The position numbers and the translations under genes were made by a program. A DNA stretch of 24,000 nt from Vreelandella halophila (GTDB taxonomy: Bacteria > Pseudomonadota > Gammaproteobacteria > Pseudomonadales > Oleiphilaceae), in NCBI RefSeq assembly GCF_009856365.1, contig NZ_WMEX01000003.1:251735-275734 (forward strand), read 5' to 3'. Below the pieces are notes generated by a model. It saw only the letters and a list, made by a program, of their open reading frames with translations, was not told the DNA's origin and made no database searches. Below, in pieces: positions 1 to 9,579 of the stretch; position 1 is the first letter of the stretch, and each line of letters begins with the position of its first letter.

Positions 1-2714
1 TGCGCTTCTGCCCGGACAAACGTGTGGCCGTCCTCGCCATCGACCCCACACGCCGGCGCACCGGCGGCGCCCTGCTTGGCGACCGCATCCGCATGAACAG
101 CCTCCAGAGCGAGCGCGCCTTCTTCCGCTCCATGGCCACAAGGCGCCAGAACCTCGCCACCAGCGCCGAGCTGAACAACGCCATCGCCTACCTCAAACAG
201 GCCGGCTTCGACCTGGTGATCGTGGAGACCGCCGGCATCGGCCAGTCCGACTCCGAGATCGTCGACCTGGTCGACCTGCCCCTCTACGTCATGACCAGCG
301 ACTTCGGCGCCGCCAGCCAGCTCGAAAAGATCGACATGCTCGACCTGGCCGACGTCATCGTCATCAACAAGTTCGAACGTGGCGGCTCCCTGGATGCGCT
401 GCGCGACGTGCGCAAGCAGTGGAAGCGCAACCACGTGCGGTTCGATGTGGAAGATGAACAGATCCCCGTCTTCGCCACTAACGCCAGCCAGTTCAACGAC
501 GCCGGCGTCAGCGGCCTCTTCACGCGCCTCGCCGACTGGCTCCAGTGGGACGCCACCGACCGCTTCCCCTGGGCCCTGCCGGACAGCAACCCCCTGATCG
601 CCGCCGACCGCACCCGCTACCTCGCGGACATTGCCGAGAACAGCCGCGCCGAACGCGACCGCATCGAGACCATGGCCGAGGCCGCCAACCAGGCCCAGGT
701 CACCTGGAACGCCCTTCACACACTGAAGGACCCGGAACTGCCCGAAGCCCTGACCGCCTTCGACAACACCGAACACGAGAACGACGCCTTCACCACCCTG
801 CGCCGCCAGTACAACCATGCGCTGAACCAGCTCGACCCAACCATGCTCGCAGAACTCCGGAACTGGCCCGAACGCAAGGCCGGCGTGGAAGCCGAACGCT
901 ACCAGTACCAGGTGCGCGACAAGCTCATCGAAGGCGACAACTACAAAGAAACCCTCAGCGGCCTCGAGATCCCCAAGGTCGCCCCACCCCAGACCCACAA
1001 CTGGGGCGAACTGGTGCGCTTCCTCGGAAGGGAAAACCTCCCCGGCCACTACCCCTACACCGCCGGCGTCTTCCCCTACCGGCGCGAAGGCGAAGACCCC
1101 ACGCGCATGTTCGCCGGCGAAGGCACCCCCGAGCGCACCAACCGCCGCTTCCACTACCTGGCCCTGAACCAGCCCGCGGCACGGCTCTCCACCGCCTTCG
1201 ACTCCGTCACCCTCTACGGCGAAAACCCCGCGCCGCGGCCGGACATCTACGGCAAGGTCGGCAACAGCGGCGTCTCCATCGCCACCCTGGACGACATGAA
1301 GAAGCTCTTCTCCGGCTTCGACCTGTGCGACCCCACCACCTCCGTCTCCATGACCATCAACGGCCCGGCGCCCACGATTCTGGCCTTCTTCATGAACGCC
1401 GCCATCGACCAGCAGGTGGAACAGCACCTGCGCGACACCGGCCAGTGGGAAGAGGTGCAACAACGGATCGCCGACCGGGACCGCCCCGTCTACCAGGACG
1501 AACTCCCCGAAGGCCACAACGGCCTGGGCCTCGGCCTGCTCGGCGTGAGCGGCGAGGAAGTGGTGGACGCCGAAACCTACGAGCGCATCCGCGAACACAC
1601 CCTCAAACAGGTGCGCGGCACCGTGCAGGCGGACATCCTCAAGGAAGACCAGGCCCAGAACACCTGCATCTTCTCCACCGAATTCGCCCTGCACATGATG
1701 GGCGACGTGCAGCAGTACTTCACCGACCACGACGTGCGCAACTTCTACAGCGTCTCCATCAGCGGCTACCACATTGCCGAGGCCGGCGCGACGCCCGTCA
1801 CTCAGCTCGCCTTCACCCTGGCCAACGGCTTCACCATCGTCGAGTACTACCTCTCACGCGGCATGTACATCGACGACTTCGCGCCCAACCTGAGCTTTTT
1901 CTTCAGCAACGGCATGGACCCGGAATACGCCGTCATCGGCCGCGTCGCACGCCGCATCTGGGCCCGCGCCATGAAACACCGCTACGGCGCCAGCGAACGC
2001 TCCCAGAAGCTCAAGTACCACATCCAGACCAGCGGCCGCAGCCTCCACGCCCAGGAGATCCAGTTCAACGACATCCGCACCACCCTGCAGGCGCTCTACG
2101 CCCTCTTCGACAACTGCAACAGCCTGCACACCAACGCCTTCGACGAGGCCATCACCACCCCCACGGAAGATTCCGTGCGCCGCGCCGTCGCCATCCAGCT
2201 CATCATCAACCGCGAACTCGGCCTCAACGCCTGCGAAAACCCCTGGCAGGGTTCGCACATCATCGAGAAGCTCACGGACAAGGTGGAAGAAGCAGTACTG
2301 GCCGAATTCGAACGCCTGAACGAACGCGGCGGCGTGCTCGGCGCCATGGACACCATGTACCAGCGCGGCAAGATCCAGGACGAATCCATGGTGTACGAAC
2401 ACAAGAAACACGACGGCACCCTGCCCATCATCGGCGTGAACACCTACCTCCCCAAGGAAGGCCAGGAAGCCGGCGGCGAACTGGAACTGATGCGCTCCAA
2501 CGACGACGAAAAACACCAACAGATCGACCAGCTCCGCGCCTTCCAGGGCATCCACGAAAGCAAGCGGGACCACTGGCTGGACCAGTTACAACAGGTGGCC
2601 GCCAACCGGGGGAACACCTTTGAGGTGTTGATGGAGGCGGTTAAGCATTGCTCGTTGGGGGAGGTTTCGGAGGTGTTTTATGGGGCTGGGGGGGCTTATC
2701 GGAGGAATATGTAA
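1..2714 (+). CDS. icmF: Fused isobutyryl-CoA mutase (IcmF-type: MeaB-like G-protein domain followed by B12-dependent acyl-CoA mutase catalytic barrel); 5' end lies outside the window
   Basis: The frame is open back to nt 3, so the listed GTG at 24 is internal. MeaB/ArgK-type strings are present ([43 protein letters not shown]). About 600 aa of acyl-CoA mutase substrate-barrel-like sequence follows ([33 protein letters not shown]). Stop TAA at 2712-2714. GC-rich codon usage. G-domain upstream of the mutase barrel is the IcmF arrangement. Confidence 0.85.
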   Translation, partial: RFCPDKRVAVLAIDPTRRRTGGALLGDRIRMNSLQSERAFFRSMATRRQNLATSAELNNAIAYLKQAGFDLVIVETAGIGQSDSEIVDLVDLPLYVMTSDFGAASQLEKIDMLDLADVIVINKFERGGSLDALRDVRKQWKRNHVRFDVEDEQIPVFATNASQFNDAGVSGLFTRLADWLQWDATDRFPWALPDSNPLIAADRTRYLADIAENSRAERDRIETMAEAANQAQVTWNALHTLKDPELPEALTAFDNTEHENDAFTTLRRQYNHALNQLDPTMLAELRNWPERKAGVEAERYQYQVRDKLIEGDNYKETLSGLEIPKVAPPQTHNWGELVRFLGRENLPGHYPYTAGVFPYRREGEDPTRMFAGEGTPERTNRRFHYLALNQPAARLSTAFDSVTLYGENPAPRPDIYGKVGNSGVSIATLDDMKKLFSGFDLCDPTTSVSMTINGPAPTILAFFMNAAIDQQVEQHLRDTGQWEEVQQRIADRDRPVYQDELPEGHNGLGLGLLGVSGEEVVDAETYERIREHTLKQVRGTVQADILKEDQAQNTCIFSTEFALHMMGDVQQYFTDHDVRNFYSVSISGYHIAEAGATPVTQLAFTLANGFTIVEYYLSRGMYIDDFAPNLSFFFSNGMDPEYAVIGRVARRIWARAMKHRYGASERSQKLKYHIQTSGRSLHAQEIQFNDIRTTLQALYALFDNCNSLHTNAFDEAITTPTEDSVRRAVAIQLIINRELGLNACENPWQGSHIIEKLTDKVEEAVLAEFERLNERGGVLGAMDTMYQRGKIQDESMVYEHKKHDGTLPIIGVNTYLPKEGQEAGGELELMRSNDDEKHQQIDQLRAFQGIHESKRDHWLDQLQQVAANRGNTFEVLMEAVKHCSLGEVSEVFYGAGGAYRRNM

Positions 2715-2765
2715 AACAACGATTTAGGCCTCTAATCCAAAATTAGACTGTGAACCTAACTTGCT

Positions 2766-3653
2766 TCATAGCTTACTACCAATATAAGCAATAACTGCAC
2801 TCTTTTCTTCAACGTCCTCAAACTTTAAATGAATGCGTCCTGGCGAGGGAGTATATCTAGCATGATAATCAAAACACCTTTCCGCCCATCTGTGTTCATC
2901 CCAAAAATAACACAACCGCTTTCTAGCCTCATGCTCCGGAGTTATTCTTCCCCCAGTGGATGGGATAGCTCCACCGTCCCGCTGCCACTTTTTTACCAAC
3001 TCATCAATAAACCATAACTCTTGTTTCACACCCCTAACATCGTTTGATTGTAATTCAATAAGCTCCGCCTTAACGTGCTCCAAAAACCTAACCCTTGGAA
3101 AAAGAATTCGTCTGAAATTCCAAATTTCTTCGCCATTTGAAATTCTGTTTAACACAACATTCCGGACACAATCTGATATTTCTTCATTCCCTGCACTTAC
3201 ACTCCGGCAGAAGACTCTATATTCCAAAACACCTTCTTTCTCATCTAAGACAAACTTATCCCCTTCAACAACTTCAACCCTATTCAGAGCTCCACCAACC
3301 CTAACCAAAAACTGACCATTTTCAACTGCAACACCAAAACCTCTTACATGCTTTCCATCTAAATAATAATCAGACTCTTCGTCCTCAAAGATTCCATCGG
3401 TTCTATCTTCTAAAGTTAATGCTAGCATATGCTTATCACTAACATCTTCGGACCACATCCTCTTCGAGACTTCGTGATTCAACTCAAGTGATCTATTAAA
3501 ACAAAAACCGTAGTTCCAAACACCGAAACTATAGAGTTTATCTTTAAGGCCGGAAACGGTATCTACAAAAAACCAAAGATTATCAATAAGATTATCAATT
3601 ATCACATCCTGACCCTTCAAAAAGGTATCATCAGAAACAAATATCGGTTTCAT
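2766..3653 (-). CDS. Hypothetical protein, third gene of the DUF262/ATPase operon (candidate effector; no motif recognised)
   Basis: The ORF track gives 2766..3665 with a GTG start. An ATG at 3653 is preceded by GGGAGGGG (good SD) and is the preferred start. The gene is AT-rich like the two upstream genes and starts 11 nt after the ATPase stop. I cannot assign a family to the 295-aa product. Confidence 0.6.
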   Translation of the reverse strand: MKPIFVSDDTFLKGQDVIIDNLIDNLWFFVDTVSGLKDKLYSFGVWNYGFCFNRSLELNHEVSKRMWSEDVSDKHMLALTLEDRTDGIFEDEESDYYLDGKHVRGFGVAVENGQFLVRVGGALNRVEVVEGDKFVLDEKEGVLEYRVFCRSVSAGNEEISDCVRNVVLNRISNGEEIWNFRRILFPRVRFLEHVKAELIELQSNDVRGVKQELWFIDELVKKWQRDGGAIPSTGGRITPEHEARKRLCYFWDEHRWAERCFDYHARYTPSPGRIHLKFEDVEEKSAVIAYIGSKL

Positions 3654-3664
3654 CACCCCTCCCA

Positions 3665-4771
3665 CTACATTAACAGCCTTTCTAAAGACTTACCCCATTC
3701 ATCAAAGAACCCATCAGGCCAATAAGAAAGCTTTCCACTATTTTTTATCTTCGGGCTTTCAACACTGCTTCTTCCTTCCGACACATTTCTGGAGAAATAA
3801 TTCAAAACGACTTTATTGGCCGGAATATAATTCTCTTTGACTGAAAGGCGAATCCCATTAAGGACGTGATCACTATGAGTTTCGATTATTATTTGAACTC
3901 CTTGATTTGCAGCCTGAGACAGCATTCTTCCAATCTCAAATTGACCCTTAGGATGCAAGTGCGCCTCTGGATTTTCCACAACTAGAAGCGAGCCTTTTGG
4001 AAGAGCGAGACAAGACACAATCACCGGAAGCACATACGTTATCCCAAAACCAACGTTAGTAGGCCGATACCAATTAGTAGACCCCAGTTTGTCCACGCCT
4101 TTATATCGAAAACGAATGGAAACATTATCAGTACTAGGGATACTGCTAGCTTCCAATGAGACCTCTGGACTAATAACATCTAACCATTGGGCAACAGCAT
4201 CAATGAGCTTCACTTTCCGTTCATCAGAATCGGCCATATCTCTTAACCTATCTCGATCCACAAAATGATCGCTATTCTTAGAAAGAAAGTCACCTGCGTA
4301 TTCACCAAACTTGCCGATATAACAAGCGCCATAGCGTGAAGACGCCTTCTCATTGTAAATTGTCGCAGGAGAAACTCTATCAGCTGCTAAATACTGAAAG
4401 TCTTTATTTAAGACCGAATCCAAAACTGCATTATCGTCTTCGAGCGAAACATTCAAGCTACTCGAATCCTGATTTCCGTCAAACTCTATGACCGCCTCCC
4501 CGATATAATTTTTTAATTTAATACTGACAGAATCAGAATCACCAAATTCAGACAACAAATCACTGCCTTTCCCTAGAGCCACAAAGTCTCCATTCAAATT
4601 TATTTTTTCAAGTGACTTATTTTCAAAGTGACTTTGAAAGACCAAACAAATAGCCTGAACACAAGAACTCTTGCCTGATCCATTCAGACCAGCCAGCAAG
4701 GTTATATTACCAAACCATATCTCTTGACTGACAAATCCTTTAAAATTAAACAGCTCTACCGAATCAATCAT
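3665..4771 (-). CDS. ABC/AAA_21-type ATPase with DUF3696-like C-terminus
   Basis: Walker A LLAGLNGSGKSS near the N-terminus. Walker B/D-loop-like LLVVENPEAHLHPKGQ. H-loop-like ETHSDHVLN. C-terminal SYWPDGFFDEW tail, as I recall for DUF3696. The likely start is ATG 4771 (the track uses TTG 4777), overlapping the upstream stop by 8 nt. Confidence 0.8.
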   Translation of the reverse strand: MIDSVELFNFKGFVSQEIWFGNITLLAGLNGSGKSSCVQAICLVFQSHFENKSLEKINLNGDFVALGKGSDLLSEFGDSDSVSIKLKNYIGEAVIEFDGNQDSSSLNVSLEDDNAVLDSVLNKDFQYLAADRVSPATIYNEKASSRYGACYIGKFGEYAGDFLSKNSDHFVDRDRLRDMADSDERKVKLIDAVAQWLDVISPEVSLEASSIPSTDNVSIRFRYKGVDKLGSTNWYRPTNVGFGITYVLPVIVSCLALPKGSLLVVENPEAHLHPKGQFEIGRMLSQAANQGVQIIIETHSDHVLNGIRLSVKENYIPANKVVLNYFSRNVSEGRSSVESPKIKNSGKLSYWPDGFFDEWGKSLERLLM

Positions 4772-5963
4772 CAACAATCTCGCTTATTGACTCATTTAAA
4801 GCTTCAATCCTAGTATTGGACGCCCACCCCCTGCCGGTTGCAGAATACATCGACTTATAAAAATCACCTTCCGCATCCAAAGACATCGCTGCAAACTTTT
4901 CCATGAACTGATCATTTTTATCTTGTAACTTAGCGAATTGATCACTATCCATTAGGGCCATAGCTACCGATTCGCTTTCAAAGAGCCCCTTGTTTATTGG
5001 TTTTCTAGATTGCGTCTTGTCGCTATATTTCCGGAACGCCAACCTTCCAAAAATCTGAACGGATCGCTCCATAGCCACAAAAAATGCAGACTTTACATTT
5101 TTCCAATCATCTTCCGTTAACTTTTGCAGCGTATCCTCTACCATATCATTCAGAAACGAATCCAAGTTCTGATCATCTTCTCTTTTTTTTGAGCTTGAAA
5201 ACAAGATGTAATGACACACAAACCTCAAAACCAGTTCGTGATCTTCAAGCCTACTTCCTTTCACCTTGTACTCAGTAGCCTTCTTGAACTGCTCACTTTC
5301 AGCCAACTCCCTGACCACTTCTCTCCATTTTCCGGAAAATATCGCATTCCGAATTTCTTGTCCCTTCAGGGGCAAACCACCTCTATTGATTCTGGAAAAT
5401 ATATTAAATTTTACTTTTTTAGGTGTCCCAGGACGGATTATGTGAAGCGTCAACTCAGTCTCTTCAATCCTCCGCTGAAAAGGGCGAGGTAACTTTCGGA
5501 ACACGTCACCCTCAAAATCTGTCAAAGAATTGAGCCGTCTCAATTTTAATGGATCCAGAGCAGTCCCCACTTCCTTATTGAGATCATGCACGTCATAGAA
5601 ATGTGCTATTGCGCATAATCGCTGAAGCCCATCAACCACTTCATAATTGCCTTCCTCATCTTCCGATACATAAAGCGATGGTATCGGAATTCTTAGAAGC
5701 ATAGATTCAATGAGTGAGCTCTTCACCGCGTCGCTCCATAGATTTGCTTTTCTCTGGAAATCCGGGCTTAAATTGAGCTCCCCCTCCCTTAACCGCTTCA
5801 TTAGCAGATCCACAGTTCTTTGCTGAGTAATAACATCGATCTTCTTGGGATCAAAAGGTGTCTCAATGCCATCCTCGTCAAAACTATCTTCTGCTTCTAT
5901 TCCTGTCCCTTCTCCTTTTCCATCGGTTTCTTCTAAAATTTCCTCTAGTGCCTTATTGCTCAT
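4764..5963 (-). CDS. DUF262 (ParB/Srx-like N-terminal domain) protein without a DUF1524/HNH nuclease tail
   Basis: DUF262 hallmark strings are present: SPDFQRKANLWSD, LIESMLLRIPIPSLYV and VVDGLQRLCAI (DGQQR-type motif). The C-terminal half is helical with no His-Me finger motif. GGAGG SD lies 5 nt upstream of ATG 5963. The region is AT-rich. Confidence 0.8.
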   Translation of the reverse strand: MSNKALEEILEETDGKGEGTGIEAEDSFDEDGIETPFDPKKIDVITQQRTVDLLMKRLREGELNLSPDFQRKANLWSDAVKSSLIESMLLRIPIPSLYVSEDEEGNYEVVDGLQRLCAIAHFYDVHDLNKEVGTALDPLKLRRLNSLTDFEGDVFRKLPRPFQRRIEETELTLHIIRPGTPKKVKFNIFSRINRGGLPLKGQEIRNAIFSGKWREVVRELAESEQFKKATEYKVKGSRLEDHELVLRFVCHYILFSSSKKREDDQNLDSFLNDMVEDTLQKLTEDDWKNVKSAFFVAMERSVQIFGRLAFRKYSDKTQSRKPINKGLFESESVAMALMDSDQFAKLQDKNDQFMEKFAAMSLDAEGDFYKSMYSATGRGWASNTRIEALNESISEIVDD

Positions 5964-6311
5964 CTAATCCTCCATAAAAAGCTGCGTACTTTAGAGCCTA
6001 GTTTGACCATGCTTGGCCCATGCCTAGCCGCACCAATTCAAGGATCGGATGCAGGCTAAAACGGGTCAACTCCACGCCCGATCTTTTTGGTGTTTTTGTT
6101 CCAAAAACACTCAAGTTCGGCCCATCTGTATCTATCCAGCGCCCCTGATGAGGACTACGACCAGGATCGATTTTTGCTCGGTGGTCCACATTGCCCACTT
6201 ACTGACCACCCAATAACTTCTACGCCTCACCTACTTGAACCACCGGCCTACACTGTACATAATTACAGCTACGTTATTGGTTGATTGCATGGATCAAGTA
6301 GGGAAAAATGC

Positions 6312-6326
6312 GTGATATGCGATCAC
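6312..6326. promoter_or_regulatory. Inverted repeat GTGAT-N5-ATCAC about 30 nt upstream of the methyltransferase start (candidate operator)
   Basis: Read directly from the sequence. A second repeat, TTGAT-N7-ATCAA, lies at 6281-6297. The regulatory role is inferred only from position and from the HTH-like N-terminal extension of the methyltransferase. Confidence 0.2.
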
Positions 6327-6354
6327 ACGATCAACCCAGAGAAGGGACAAGGAC

Positions 6355-7791
6355 ATGCTGACTTCCCCCGATACCCCGTCAAACCCCTCTGAAAGCGCAG
6401 CTACGCAAGCTAAACAGTCGAACAGTGATGATCTCAACCTTCTGCAGCGGATTCATGAGATTTATGACCAGAAGCAGATCGCAGAAATGCTCGGAACAGT
6501 TTCACCGGGGCACTGGACTCGTGAAACCATCAACCGTGCATTACAGGGGAAAGCGGCGCCCCGTTTTTCGCATCATGAGTTTAACTACCTGCAGAGTATT
6601 CTCCCCTCCCGACCTGCACACTACGATGACCCGGAGTTCCGGTTCATCGATCTTTTTGCAGGAATCGGAGGCATTCGGAAGGGGTTCGAATCAGTGGGCG
6701 GCAAGTGCGTTTTCACGTCTGAATGGGATCACAGTGCGCGTCGCACGTATAAAGCCAATTTCTATTGCGACCCGGATCATCGGGAGCATGTATTCAACCA
6801 CGACATCACAGACGTCACACTGAGCGCCGTCCCTGACATTGATGAAGAAGAGGCGTATCAGTTCATTGACGGGCAGATACCGGATCATGAGGTGCTTCTG
6901 GCGGGATTCCCGTGTCAGCCCTTCTCTCTTGCAGGCGTATCCAAGAAGAATTCCCTGGGGCGTCTTCACGGCTTTGAGTGCGATACACAGGGCACCCTGT
7001 TTTTCGATGTTGCAAGAATCATAGCCGCCAAGAAACCGCCGGTTTTTCTTCTCGAAAACGTCAAGAACCTCAAGAGCCATGACAAGGGTAAGACCTTCCG
7101 GGTTATCTGCGAGGCTCTCGATGAACTCGGGTACGAAGTGGCCGATGTGGATGCGCCGAAGGGACGCGACCCGAAGATCATCGATGCCGCAAATTTTCTC
7201 CCCCAGCATCGTGAGCGGATCGCCCTCATCGGTTTCCGACGTGATCGCGGGCTCCATGAGGGATTCTCACTCCGAAACATTTCCGAACACTTTCCGGAAC
7301 GCATCCCCCGGTTCGGAGAACTTCTCGACTCCAACGTGGATGACAAGTACATCCTCACACCGAAGCTGTGGCAGTACCTTTACAACTACGCCGCCAAGCA
7401 CAAGGCCAAGGGAAACGGCTTCGGCTTCAGCCTCACAAGTGCGAATGATACGGCCAGAACACTTTCTGCCCGTTATCACAAGGATGGCTCGGAGATTCTT
7501 GTGGATCGTGGCTTTGACCCGAATCAGGCATTTGATTCGAAGCATAACCTTGAATTCCGGCCACGGAGACTGACGCCGAGAGAATGCGCCAGGCTCATGG
7601 GGTTCGATGCACCCGGTGAAAGCACTTTCAGAATTCCAGTCTCGGATACCCAAGCCTACAAGCAGTTCGGCAACTCTGTTGCAGTGCCGGTTTTCACCGC
7701 GGTAGCTGAAATGCTGAAGGAACGGATCCCTGCGCCCCGCACATCGGAACCTGAAGCACCACAGCAACTCCGGATACCTCTTGCGGTTTAA
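6355..7791 (+). CDS. DNA (cytosine-5)-methyltransferase with ~95-aa N-terminal extension (M.EcoRII-like layout)
   Basis: All canonical m5C MTase motifs are present: [66 protein letters not shown] and [13 protein letters not shown]. The N-terminal extension contains an HTH-like stretch, [23 protein letters not shown]. Confidence 0.95.
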   Translation: MLTSPDTPSNPSESAATQAKQSNSDDLNLLQRIHEIYDQKQIAEMLGTVSPGHWTRETINRALQGKAAPRFSHHEFNYLQSILPSRPAHYDDPEFRFIDLFAGIGGIRKGFESVGGKCVFTSEWDHSARRTYKANFYCDPDHREHVFNHDITDVTLSAVPDIDEEEAYQFIDGQIPDHEVLLAGFPCQPFSLAGVSKKNSLGRLHGFECDTQGTLFFDVARIIAAKKPPVFLLENVKNLKSHDKGKTFRVICEALDELGYEVADVDAPKGRDPKIIDAANFLPQHRERIALIGFRRDRGLHEGFSLRNISEHFPERIPRFGELLDSNVDDKYILTPKLWQYLYNYAAKHKAKGNGFGFSLTSANDTARTLSARYHKDGSEILVDRGFDPNQAFDSKHNLEFRPRRLTPRECARLMGFDAPGESTFRIPVSDTQAYKQFGNSVAVPVFTAVAEMLKERIPAPRTSEPEAPQQLRIPLAV

Positions 7792-7848
7792 TGCTCCCGT
7801 CGGGCAGGATCAGTACAGATCTCTGCCCGACAGGAACAGCCGCAACTA

Positions 7849-9063
7849 ATGACAAGACTCTCCGACCACTTCAGCGGCGTATCAGCAAAACGCCTCAGCA
7901 TTGTTGAAACCAGCCGCAGCGACTCCAACCAGCACGAGTTCAACGGCACGGCCGGGATGAGGCAATATCTCGGCAAAGAGCGATCAACTTTCCCCGCCCG
8001 CTTTATATACATCGGAAATGATGAAGAAGATCGCCTGATGGTTGATGACCATGTCACCTGGTACGACTCCAGAGAGCGTCATCCGAATCGTTCCGAGCAT
8101 CGTCTCTACTTCCGGGACAATGACGTAATGAACCTCGCCTCTGAAGGTGATGTCATGATTGCAGCACTCGACCGGGAAGGGAACATGCTGCTTGTTATCG
8201 TCAGTGATGTGAGCCAGTTGCTGGGAGACGTATTATGGCTTTTCGGTCTTGGTGAGCTTCCCGGCTCCGCTTTCATAACCATTGAGACAGCGGAAAGTTC
8301 TCATGCCTCAGATGCACTGTTCTACTACATTGCAGAACAGGCCGGGATTCAGATTGAGGAGAAAGTCAGCGATTCCTGGCTGGATCTGATTTTGGAAAGA
8401 TTCGGCCCCGTCTTTCCCAGAAGCCGCCAACTCTCCGCCTTGGCCCTTGAGTCGCTGGACGGAGAAATATCCCCGGTTGAGGAGCCCGACAACACACTTA
8501 TTCGGTTGCTGGACCGGGAAGAAAGGATGTTCCGGGAGCTTGAACGTCATATCGTTTCCAGTGAGCTCCGAAACAGGACTGAAACCTGGGCGGAGAACGT
8601 GGATGATTTCATTTCGTTTTCTCTGGGAGTACACAATCGCAGGAAATCCCGTGCAGGCCATTCACTGGAGAATCACCTTGAATGGATCTTCACGGAGAAC
8701 AGGCTTGAATTCCAGCGAGGCGTTCATACCGAAAATCGATCCAAGCCGGACTTTCTATTCCCTGGATCCGCACATTATCAGGACCCGAACTGGCCCGCAG
8801 ACCGTCTGACAATGCTGGGAGTAAAAACCTCATGCAAGGATCGCTGGCGCCAGGTTCTGAACGAAGCAGCCCGAATCCCCGAAAAGCATCTTCTCACCCT
8901 CCAGCCGGGAATATCCGAACACCAGACTCGAGAAATGGACGGAGCGAACCTTAGACTGGTGTTGCCGAGAAATCTCCACCGAACATACTCAACTTCTCAG
9001 CAAAGCTCTCTGATGGATCTGGATCTGTTCATCAATGAGGTTTTGAAGAAACAGGCGGCTTAA
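7849..9063 (+). CDS. Type II restriction endonuclease, EcoRII-C catalytic family, with a divergent EcoRII-N-like N-terminal region
   Basis: The C-terminal half matches my memory of the EcoRII catalytic domain (RRKSRAGHSLENHLE, KPDFLFP, KTSCKDRWRQVLNEA, LLTLQPGIS). The N-terminus has AKRLSIVETSRSDSNQHEFNG, reminiscent of the EcoRII-N KRLSANDTG..GHQ signature. At 404 aa it is the same size class as EcoRII. It lies directly downstream of the MTase. Confidence 0.8.
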   Translation: MTRLSDHFSGVSAKRLSIVETSRSDSNQHEFNGTAGMRQYLGKERSTFPARFIYIGNDEEDRLMVDDHVTWYDSRERHPNRSEHRLYFRDNDVMNLASEGDVMIAALDREGNMLLVIVSDVSQLLGDVLWLFGLGELPGSAFITIETAESSHASDALFYYIAEQAGIQIEEKVSDSWLDLILERFGPVFPRSRQLSALALESLDGEISPVEEPDNTLIRLLDREERMFRELERHIVSSELRNRTETWAENVDDFISFSLGVHNRRKSRAGHSLENHLEWIFTENRLEFQRGVHTENRSKPDFLFPGSAHYQDPNWPADRLTMLGVKTSCKDRWRQVLNEAARIPEKHLLTLQPGISEHQTREMDGANLRLVLPRNLHRTYSTSQQSSLMDLDLFINEVLKKQAA

Positions 9064-9093
9064 GGAGCAGCACCGACTCCGGGAGAAAAAAGC

Positions 9094-9579
9094 GTGGTGG
9101 ACATCAAGAACAGGGACCAGCGCTCACACAATATGTCTGCGATCCGCGGGAAGGACACTAAACCGGAAATGCTTGTCCGGCGGTATCTTCATTCCTGCGG
9201 CTACCGGTTCCGCCTTCACCGAAAAGATCTCCCAGGCAAACCGGATCTGGTCATGCCGAAGTATCAGCTCGTCATTTTCGTGCATGGCTGCTTCTGGCAC
9301 AGGCATGAGAACTGTCGATACTCAACAACCCCCTCCAACAGATCCGAGTTCTGGCAGGAGAAATTCGCGAAGAACGTTGAACGGGATTCCAGAAACAGGG
9401 AGGCGCTTCTTGAATCCGGATGGAGGGTGCTGATCATCTGGGAATGCGGGCTTAAACACGCTAAAGACGAACTGCCGGAGCTTTCCCGTCTTATTGAAAA
9501 TAACACTGGTTTTCAGGTCTGGCCTGCAACTCCCCCAAAGCCGAGAGCGCTTTCTAACGTTATTCAAAAACGTGGCTAG
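9094..9579 (+). CDS. vsr: Very short patch repair (T:G mismatch) endonuclease
   Basis: Similar to E. coli Vsr along its length: RSHNMSAIRGKDTKPE, LPGKPDLVMPKYQLVIFVHGCFWH, EFWQEKFAKNVERD and GWRVLIIWEC. GTG start at 9094. Confidence 0.9.
   Translation: MVDIKNRDQRSHNMSAIRGKDTKPEMLVRRYLHSCGYRFRLHRKDLPGKPDLVMPKYQLVIFVHGCFWHRHENCRYSTTPSNRSEFWQEKFAKNVERDSRNREALLESGWRVLIIWECGLKHAKDELPELSRLIENNTGFQVWPATPPKPRALSNVIQKRG

Noticed and set aside
545-2623. 692-aa ORF in an alternative plus-strand frame of icmF; likewise the 239-aa and 115-aa antisense ORFs at 1854-2573 and 2096-2443
   Set aside because: The products are Arg/Pro/Gly/His-rich low-complexity sequence, typical of off-frame translation of GC-rich DNA. 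The overlapping frame encodes a clearly recognisable mutase. No independent start signals.
6090-6110. Perfect hairpin GTGTTTTT-GTTCC-AAAAACAC in the 5964-6354 intergenic region
   Set aside because: It is real in the sequence, but it is an AT-rich 8-bp stem in a divergent promoter region with no flanking U-tract logic. I could not connect it to any gene boundary, so I am not calling it a terminator or operator.
6691-7767. Antisense and off-frame ORFs within the methyltransferase gene (188, 130, 164 and 166 aa)
   Set aside because: The plus-strand frame carries all ten m5C MTase motifs. The others show no motifs and biased composition.
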